From positions 1 to 62,914 of the forward strand of contig JAZNOU010000010.1 in assembly GCA_045589295.1 (NCBI GenBank): DNA of 62,914 nt. The letters are read 5' to 3'. Below the pieces are notes generated by a model, which saw only the letters and a list, made by a program, of their open reading frames with translations, had not been told where the DNA came from and searched no databases. The position numbers were made by a program, and so were the translations under genes. Of this stretch, positions 56,019 to 62,914 are shown piece by piece (the stretch's first letter is position 1; the number at the start of each line of letters is the position of its first letter). This DNA is from Clostridia bacterium. Its GTDB lineage: Bacteria; Bacillota; Clostridia; RGIG6154.

Positions 56019-57671
56019 TCATTCGCTATCGCTCTTACTTACTCGATATTTAGCACGAAGTCTTATCCCTTCATAAACATAGATGGGATTTCCTTTGCTT
56101 GATATGTAACCACCATCATTGATACGCTTCCGTGATTTAGGAATATTTTTCTTTTCGAGGTAACTTATAATGTTGAAATTACCTTCGATATTATTTTTAT
56201 TACAAAAATATTTAAATGCGTCTGTTATCGCAGAAGATGATTCATACCTATCTTCAGCAGATTTCAAGCAATTCTCGAAGAAGGCTTCTTCGGGATTACA
56301 TTGTGCAACAGCTTTCATTTTTAATTTTTCTGAAGCATAACACTTTGTAAATTTGAAATCTTGCTCAATTAGCCGCTTTAAGCCTTTCATAGCCCAAGTG
56401 AATATGTAATCATATTCAGGAGCTAATACTTGCCAAAATGCGTCAATCGTCTTTTCGATTTGTCGATTAAAAGGGATATAGAGTATTCGATTGAAGAATG
56501 CCTCTAAATCTTTATCAGCAACTCCCGAAAATCTAAAAAACTCATTTTGACCGAAAAGCATCTTTGTTTTACATCTTTCGGCAAAAGGCTTTTCACAAGG
56601 ATTTCTTCCTGAAATAACATCTGTATCAGATACAAATGATTTAAATTTAGAAACATCCTTGATAATCTTATTGTTATGGTCAGGGACTATATTAAGCTTG
56701 GCTGATAAAACAGTTGCAGCATAATACTCCTGCTCCATAAGGTTTACCGGAACTTCGCAAGTATTATCTTGTCCAACTATTTGACGAATTACATCAAGAA
56801 TAGTTGATTTACCCGTTCCTGTATCACCTTTGAAAACAAAGGCAGTTCTTTTGTTGCTATAATTAGAGATAGCATAACCCATAATCTCCTGTATGAGATG
56901 TTTAAGGTCTTTATCTCCGTTAGTAGCAAAATCTATAAACTCTTTAAAGCGTTCGCCTTCACTGTTTTCGTCATAAGCTGTTTTTACACCAAATGTAAAC
57001 TCGAACTCAGGAGAAAACGGAAGCAGCTTCATAGTCGGCAGTTCAAGAACTCCATTCCGACACAGCACATAAGGCTTGTTATAGGCATAGTCTAATGCTT
57101 CTCTTTGAATTGAAGCATTTGTAATCAAAAACCTATAAGCCTCATCCGTATCTCTTGATGTGAATTTATAAGAATCCTCACGCTCTTTGTCGAGCCAAGA
57201 GTTAATCTTTGTTGTTACTTCCTGCTTGTTTGACAAAACAAACATTCCTGTTTTGTTGTCATACAGATACACAGAGTTTTTTACAACTCTCACATCAATA
57301 GAATTTGCTAAAATCTTTGATAGAAGCATACCGTTATTTACTTTGCGATTGCTTGTATCAAGCTGTTCAGAATAAGAATTTATTTTTCTTTTCTGAGCCT
57401 TTTTCAGCTTTTTGGCTTTCTTATGTTTTTTATCCTTCTTATGCTTTTTTTTGCCTTTCTTGCTTTTCTTTTTCTTAGGTTTATCTTCTATATCAGATAA
57501 AGCCTCTGATTTTATTTTGACAAGAAATTTATCAGAAGGTTCTTCATAAGTTCCGGCTTCAAGTTTTTTAGAGATTTCGCTTTGAGAAATACGAATCCTA
57601 CCCTCAAACCTTTTCTTCCTTGATGCGATATGATGTAAACCATCATTCGATATTGAATTTTCAATGTTCAT
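56019..57671 (-). CDS. D5/P4-type SF3 helicase with lysine-rich N-terminus
   Basis: CRNGVL, FSPEF, GDTGTGKST, RILYIPF, WAMKGLKRL. Confidence 0.82.
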   Translation of the reverse strand: MNIENSISNDGLHHIASRKKRFEGRIRISQSEISKKLEAGTYEEPSDKFLVKIKSEALSDIEDKPKKKKSKKGKKKHKKDKKHKKAKKLKKAQKRKINSYSEQLDTSNRKVNNGMLLSKILANSIDVRVVKNSVYLYDNKTGMFVLSNKQEVTTKINSWLDKEREDSYKFTSRDTDEAYRFLITNASIQREALDYAYNKPYVLCRNGVLELPTMKLLPFSPEFEFTFGVKTAYDENSEGERFKEFIDFATNGDKDLKHLIQEIMGYAISNYSNKRTAFVFKGDTGTGKSTILDVIRQIVGQDNTCEVPVNLMEQEYYAATVLSAKLNIVPDHNNKIIKDVSKFKSFVSDTDVISGRNPCEKPFAERCKTKMLFGQNEFFRFSGVADKDLEAFFNRILYIPFNRQIEKTIDAFWQVLAPEYDYIFTWAMKGLKRLIEQDFKFTKCYASEKLKMKAVAQCNPEEAFFENCLKSAEDRYESSSAITDAFKYFCNKNNIEGNFNIISYLEKKNIPKSRKRINDGGYISSKGNPIYVYEGIRLRAKYRVSKSDSE

Positions 57672-57945
57672 ATCGAACACCTCCAATAAAATAATTTTAT
57701 GAGGTATTCAGTTAAGGCTAACCGCTAAGGGATATAGTTTAGCAGTTATGCGTTTAACCGCCTGCCTCTATATCCAATAATACAACAGCATAAAAGATTT
57801 GGAAATATGTTTACTGTCTATCGCCAACACGCTAAATCACACACGAAAAAATCCCGTGTCCAATTATTTTTTTACAAAACAAAAAAAGCCACACAATCGT
57901 GCGACTTTTAGCTAATTGAGGTATCTTATGTTTTTATGGTGCAGT

Positions 57946-59277
57946 TTATTCACCACGAAAATATTTTTTTATTTCATCATCAGATGTAGCTTCGTAAAAA
58001 TCAACATCCTTGCTTTCTCTCAGATATGATAAATCTTTATATGACACATCTGCAATCAAGGTTAGTTGACCGTTCTCGTCTGTTATTGTTCGTTCATCAC
58101 TATAGTCCATATATGAATTTATAAGGTATTCTCTGATAGCTTCTTTATCATCTTGCTCTGGTAAATGGTGTAGCACCTTAAATAGCTCTAACATCAATTC
58201 AGATTTGGTGTCAACCATATTCCTAATCTTTTCATCTGAAACTCTGTATGTAATATGGTTTTGGCAAACTTTAAGAAATGTATCAAGATACTCACTGCGT
58301 TTTTCAGTTTCGAGCCTGCCGATATATGTTATCAGCTCACTAAGGATGATTGTTATACACTTAGAACAGAGCGGATAAATGTATTCCTCAATAAAATCCC
58401 TGAATGCTTCAATATTGTTTTTCCTCACTTTACCGACTATAAGCTTGGTCATATTACAATATCCTAACGAGTGCAGTTTTGACAATCCATCTGCAACTAA
58501 ACGAATCTCTGCTTTAGTAAAATCTTGTTCAATAATACTGCTCAAAGTTATTAAGCCAAATAGCTTTTCAACAAGGTTTAATTCAGCGTATTTGTAGTTG
58601 CTTGTTCCTGTCATAACTTCTTGATATGTGTTAGATACTTCCATAAGTGTATCTGTAGTAAATTCCCATAGGCGATAGGATTTTATAAGTTCAATATCCG
58701 TTGTTCGTCTATCGTCTTTTACCTGTTCATCAGTATCATAAAACAACGCCTTAAAAACATCAAAAAACACTTCTGATATGTCAAAAATATCTTTTCTTTT
58801 AACAAACAGGGTTTCTCTGAAAACCTCTGCAAGAGTTGGTATGTAATAAGCATAGTTATCTTGGTTGGGTAAAACAATCTTACGCTTTCTTTCGGTCAAG
58901 CGTTCAGGGTTCAGTCTTTTTCTAAACCTCTCGACTGTTTTTTTGTTCTCAGAACCAAAAACACCTAACTCACTCAAAAAATATTCGTGCCGCTTTCCTT
59001 TAGAAGCTATAATCTGTGATATGAGTGATACATCACAATACAGATTGGAACATATAATTTCGATCAACAATCCATCCAACTCAGTATGACTTATTCCTAA
59101 AAAGCTGATTGCATCCTTTATAAGTTCTCCATAATGCTCTTTGTGTATATGTTGATACACAGCTCTGATATAGTCGCTGACAGTATATAATTTGTTTATC
59201 TTTATATTATCAGGCAAGGGTTCTGTATCTAATACCTCTGAAAAGATATTTTTCACATACTGATATTTTTCGCTCAC
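57946..59277 (-). CDS. Hypothetical protein
   Basis: 443-aa ORF, GTG start; no recognised motif. Confidence 0.6.
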   Translation of the reverse strand: MSEKYQYVKNIFSEVLDTEPLPDNIKINKLYTVSDYIRAVYQHIHKEHYGELIKDAISFLGISHTELDGLLIEIICSNLYCDVSLISQIIASKGKRHEYFLSELGVFGSENKKTVERFRKRLNPERLTERKRKIVLPNQDNYAYYIPTLAEVFRETLFVKRKDIFDISEVFFDVFKALFYDTDEQVKDDRRTTDIELIKSYRLWEFTTDTLMEVSNTYQEVMTGTSNYKYAELNLVEKLFGLITLSSIIEQDFTKAEIRLVADGLSKLHSLGYCNMTKLIVGKVRKNNIEAFRDFIEEYIYPLCSKCITIILSELITYIGRLETEKRSEYLDTFLKVCQNHITYRVSDEKIRNMVDTKSELMLELFKVLHHLPEQDDKEAIREYLINSYMDYSDERTITDENGQLTLIADVSYKDLSYLRESKDVDFYEATSDDEIKKYFRGE

Positions 59278-59402
59278 AGTTTCACCAACTTTCTGTTATG
59301 CTATTTAAAATTATATCACAATTCCTGTATAAATTCAATTAGCATAGTGCCGAAAACGATGGTTTTTGAAACTTTATGAGATTTTCCCAAAATTAAAAGC
59401 AA

Positions 59403-59442
59403 AAACGGGTATTGGGATAAAGTTGTTTCCCAATACCCGTTT
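59403..59442. repeat. 15-bp inverted repeat downstream of the resolvase
   Basis: AAACGGGTATTGGGA...TCCCAATACCCGTTT. Confidence 0.7.
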
Positions 59443-59462
59443 CAAAAACAAAGTTCCGATAC

Positions 59463-60008
59463 TCAACCCTTTACGGAACGATAGAGAGTTGACTTTGAAA
59501 CTCCGGTAAGTTCTGTGATTTCTGTTATGGAATATTCCTTTGTCTTGTATAGTGCTATTGCTTTATTTAATTTGTCTGTTGCAGTCTTAGGTCTTCCTCC
59601 AACTCTTCCGCGAGAGCGGGAAGCTCGTAGCCCTTCAATCGTTCTTTCAGCGAGTACATCTCGTTCAAATTGTGATAGACTTGAAATTATCGTAAATAAC
59701 AATCTTCCTGTAGAAGAAGTTGTATCTATGGTTTCTTTTAACGAAACAAGCCTTATATTATTATCGTTAAAAAATTCCATTAGCTCTGCAAGGTTTTTTA
59801 CAGACCTTCCTAATCGTGAAAGTGATTCAATCACTATTGTATCTCCCGAACTGATTTCTGAAAGAAGTTTATCAAGTTCAGGTCTGTTTTTCTTTGTGCC
59901 TGAAATCTTTTCACAGAAGATTTTATCTACCTTGTAATTTTTAAGAGCATCTGTTTGACGGTCAAGATTTTGGTCTGCTGTAGATACCCTCGCATATCCG
60001 TAAATCAT
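59463..60008 (-). CDS. Small serine resolvase/invertase with C-terminal HTH
   Basis: GYARVST, SRLGRS, GRVGGRP, TGVSKSTLYR. Confidence 0.95.
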   Translation of the reverse strand: MIYGYARVSTADQNLDRQTDALKNYKVDKIFCEKISGTKKNRPELDKLLSEISSGDTIVIESLSRLGRSVKNLAELMEFFNDNNIRLVSLKETIDTTSSTGRLLFTIISSLSQFERDVLAERTIEGLRASRSRGRVGGRPKTATDKLNKAIALYKTKEYSITEITELTGVSKSTLYRSVKG

Positions 60009-60023
60009 ATCATTTCTCCTTTC

Positions 60024-60171
60024 TGTGTCAGTGTGTCAATGATTTTGTAGGTTTCTAAAATAATGAATATATGATAGTTTTTTCGACCTACCCAATAACT
60101 CTGACACATTGACACAAACCGCATTATTAAAGGGTTTGAAGTGGTTTGAGTTCGTTTTTTTGTTGACACAA
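60024..60171. promoter_or_regulatory. Candidate res site upstream of the resolvase
   Basis: TGTGTCAGTGTGTCAA inverted against CTGACACATTGACACA, further TTGACACA at ~60164. Confidence 0.5.
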
Positions 60172-60282
60172 AAAAATTCGCAGTCCTTCGACTGCGAACT
60201 CATTAGATTGTAATATCAGCTCAAATCCATTCACTCGATTTTTAGCTAAATCATTATTGATTGTCATATAAAACATTATTTT

Positions 60283-60753
60283 TTATTCGATTGGTCGTTC
60301 TGCTATATTGAAAATCTGCAACTTTTTCCTTTTAGCATATTTGTATGTGGTGATAGCTCCACCCCAAGACCTTTGTATGTAGCATATCAGAAAGTCGGAG
60401 TTATTAACCATATATTCATTTGCCTTTGTGATATGAAACCTTTTAGGTGTGTTTTCGGGAATGTCTGCAATCAGAATGTTATCACACTTTTTGTAATAAA
60501 GCTCCTTGTATTCATTTATGCTTTTTGTCAGATATGGAATAACCAAATCCAATTTTACATTAGAATAAGTTCTTTGCAGCTCCCTTATAACAGAAGCGGC
60601 AAAGCCATCAAATTTGCCATAGTTTCCAACCCAAAATTCTCTTACATAGTGATTGACTATTAAATCTTCTGCAATGCTTTTTATTTTTTCTGCCAAACTG
60701 CTATCCCATATATCACTATGCCCTGCAAAGCAGCATCTTTTTATATCTTCCAT
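60283..60753 (-). CDS. SLOG/YspA (DUF1273)-like protein
   Basis: CCFAGHS, FWVGNYGKFD, NEYMVNNSD, GGA..T..YA. Confidence 0.75.
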   Translation of the reverse strand: MEDIKRCCFAGHSDIWDSSLAEKIKSIAEDLIVNHYVREFWVGNYGKFDGFAASVIRELQRTYSNVKLDLVIPYLTKSINEYKELYYKKCDNILIADIPENTPKRFHITKANEYMVNNSDFLICYIQRSWGGAITTYKYAKRKKLQIFNIAERPIE

Positions 60754-60761
60754 AGCACACT

Positions 60762-62486
60762 TTAATTATATATCGCTTCTATTGTGTATGTGTAGCCTGC
60801 TGTTCTTCCGGTGCAACCACTAAAACGACATTTAACCTTTCTGTTTTTTACTGCTGATAAGGCGGGTGTTTCTTCGTGGCAATAAGGACATATATGGTAG
60901 AATGTATATGAACCATCTGCTTTTGGTATCGCTTTTGCATTGATGGTATAATAGTAAGCTACTTCGGGTTTTTTATACTCGTTTGTGCTTGGAGAAGTAT
61001 TCCCATTTGACGATTCAGGAACTAAACTGTGGTCGAAGGTATATTCAATTATGGCTGCTAACACTTCTCCCGTTTCAGCATTTACCTTTCCATTGGCTAC
61101 AAGTTCACCGTTTTCATAAAATGTAATTTCTACACAGTTTGTTCCTACATACGAAAATGGTTCGCTTGTCTCATAAGTTATCGACTTGTTATTAGGAACT
61201 CCCAAGCCTTTCTTTGCAGTTTCTATCATATTATTGACAGGCTTATTGTTTACTGTTTTATCGTCATCCAAAACATCTAAATCATATTTTTCAACCAAAG
61301 CATCAATAGTTCCATCAGTTTTTGCTTCCTCTATAGCGGAATTAAATTCAGCTATTAAAGAACTTCCCTTTGGAAATGCTATTGCAAATGATGCTTCTGA
61401 TTTTTCCTCTCCGTCATAAGATACATAACAAGAAATATATTTATCTGTGAAATCAACGATTCTTGCTCTTTCCTCAGTAACCGATATTCCTGCAATTCCG
61501 CAGTCGGCTTTTTCAGTTCCAACTCCGTTAATTATTTCTCCGTATTCAACATCTTCAAATACGGGAGAATATTCTAAGTTTTCACATAATGCTCTCATTA
61601 AATCTATGTCAAATCCAACTAAGTCGGTATTGTCATAATATTCAAATGGTTCAAAATCAGCAGTTGTTAATATACGAAGCTCTTTACTTGTTTTTGATGT
61701 TCCTTTCTTTTCTGTTGCTTTTTCTACCGTCTTATCTGCTGTCTTGCTTTTATATTCCTTTATCGTTATATATGTATATATGGTTTCCAAGTCGTTCTGA
61801 ACCTTTTGATTATTACAAAAAACTTCCATAACACCTTTGGATTTGTTTCCGTTGTTATCGTATTGATAATTATATTTATAAACTATATCACCATCAGTTA
61901 ATGGTTGTATTGCCTCTATAACATCCCCGTGAGAGTTATATTTTTCTGTCATTATACCTGTTCCGTTGCCATCATCAAACGACCACTCTATCACATCATC
62001 CGTTTGGCTCTTTAATATATAGGTAGTGCAGTCGCCATCTTCAAATCCTATGACTTCTTTATATTTACCTTCATTACTGTAATATGATGTGCCAAAAAGC
62101 TCACCATCAGTATATGTGTATCTTTTTGTAACTCGGTTTAGAAAGTCAAATTCATATTCATAAGTGCTTAATGAACCATCACAATTTTCCTCAACTAAAA
62201 CATACTTATCAGCATTATTAGCACGAATACCGAATACTGTTGCCAAAAGTGCAACCAAAACAACTATAACAGATATGCTCACAATCATTAACCCTTTTTT
62301 ATGAAAGGGAGCGGGGTTTATAGCTACTGTATTTTCAACAACTGGAGCGGTTGCAGTATTCTTGTTTGTAAGAAGTTCCTTTGCCTTTTCGACAACATCC
62401 GGAGCATAAAGCTCTGAATTTTTTATGATTTCATTTAACCTTTCTTCATCCATTTGTAGAAGTTTATCTTTTAATGAGTTATCCAT
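60762..62486 (-). CDS. Mosaic membrane-anchored protein with partial family-3 solute-binding domain
   Basis: One TM; Tyr-rich YD-like region; ADFEPFEY, GFDIDL, ISVTEER..VDFT; C-terminal CPYC...C. Confidence 0.75.
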   Translation of the reverse strand: MDNSLKDKLLQMDEERLNEIIKNSELYAPDVVEKAKELLTNKNTATAPVVENTVAINPAPFHKKGLMIVSISVIVVLVALLATVFGIRANNADKYVLVEENCDGSLSTYEYEFDFLNRVTKRYTYTDGELFGTSYYSNEGKYKEVIGFEDGDCTTYILKSQTDDVIEWSFDDGNGTGIMTEKYNSHGDVIEAIQPLTDGDIVYKYNYQYDNNGNKSKGVMEVFCNNQKVQNDLETIYTYITIKEYKSKTADKTVEKATEKKGTSKTSKELRILTTADFEPFEYYDNTDLVGFDIDLMRALCENLEYSPVFEDVEYGEIINGVGTEKADCGIAGISVTEERARIVDFTDKYISCYVSYDGEEKSEASFAIAFPKGSSLIAEFNSAIEEAKTDGTIDALVEKYDLDVLDDDKTVNNKPVNNMIETAKKGLGVPNNKSITYETSEPFSYVGTNCVEITFYENGELVANGKVNAETGEVLAAIIEYTFDHSLVPESSNGNTSPSTNEYKKPEVAYYYTINAKAIPKADGSYTFYHICPYCHEETPALSAVKNRKVKCRFSGCTGRTAGYTYTIEAIYN

Positions 62487-62498
62487 AATATTCAGCTC

Positions 62499-62914
62499 CT
62501 AATTCTTAAAAATTGTTTTCAATAAATTTTCTGTGTTTTTTTGATTGAGTTCGGTGTCCCTCATTTGCACTTGGTCTGTTATAATACACTTTATTGGCTG
62601 AAACGCTGTGTTGTCTGTGTATTCAGTTATTTTAAAATAAAATGTCAATGTTTCACAAACTGCATAGCTGTTAGCTCGTGTAAGCACATACTTTACACCA
62701 TTTTCCGTAGTGAACTTATACTGTGGTATTCCATAGTTTTTTCTGAATAGTTCATCTACAGTCAAAGTTGAGCCTGATGGTTTTAAATCTTTTAAAAGGC
62801 TTATATATTCATCATCACTTAAATTCTTGTCAACTATTTCTGCTTGTGATGTAGTATTTTCTTCCGCTTCATTCCCTTGATTTGAATTAAAATGCTTATG
62901 AATAGCGAACAGCA
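62499..62914 (-). CDS. Hypothetical protein, 3' part (start outside window)
   Basis: Frame open from the window end through the 88-aa track ORF. Confidence 0.6.
   Translation of the reverse strand, partial: LFAIHKHFNSNQGNEAEENTTSQAEIVDKNLSDDEYISLLKDLKPSGSTLTVDELFRKNYGIPQYKFTTENGVKYVLTRANSYAVCETLTFYFKITEYTDNTAFQPIKCIITDQVQMRDTELNQKNTENLLKTIFKN

Larger units (their letters stand above)
53347..62914. mobile_element. Element 2: second serine-recombinase element, probably inserted in the 3' end of cotJC; right end outside window
   Basis: cotJC similarity breaks at GGTGAA; convergent recombinase ends ~120 bp later; D5-like helicase and resolvase follow. Confidence 0.7.

Noticed and set aside
1-62914. 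CRISPR array or rRNA
   Set aside because: No regularly spaced repeat-spacer array or rRNA-like sequence seen

Overview
Low-GC Firmicutes (Clostridia-like, spore-former) chromosomal segment. 1-7.5 kb: partial secreted protein, two paralogous sugar-binding lipoproteins and the rpmG-secE-nusG-rplK-rplA-rplJ-rplL cluster with L1 and L10 leaders. 7.7-30.2 kb: fucU-like mutarotase, a plant-galacturonokinase-like kinase with a nucleotidyltransferase, and a ~19 kb Wzx/Wzy polysaccharide locus carrying five ATP-grasp genes (one frameshifted at an A6 run), a GNAT and a TRAP-like permease. 30.3-38.3 kb: housekeeping genes (EF-G-like GTPase fused to a NYN/Rae1 domain, rpsI, rplM, tRNA-Arg, tcdA, greA). 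From 38.4 kb: the spore-coat cotJABC operon, in which cotJC (Mn-catalase family) is interrupted. A 14,010-bp serine-recombinase element sits at a GGTA core (39004-39007 / 53014-53017), and its removal exactly restores ...TDIG-TEELAHME.... A second serine-recombinase element appears to start just after ...QRFGE (~53352) and runs off the window. Most striking: the first recombinase ORF reads through its own att site, so excision would swap its C-terminus in frame (11-aa tail when integrated; 38-aa tail ending VYVAI, followed by a terminator, in the circle). All product calls come from motif recognition by eye; no searches were run.
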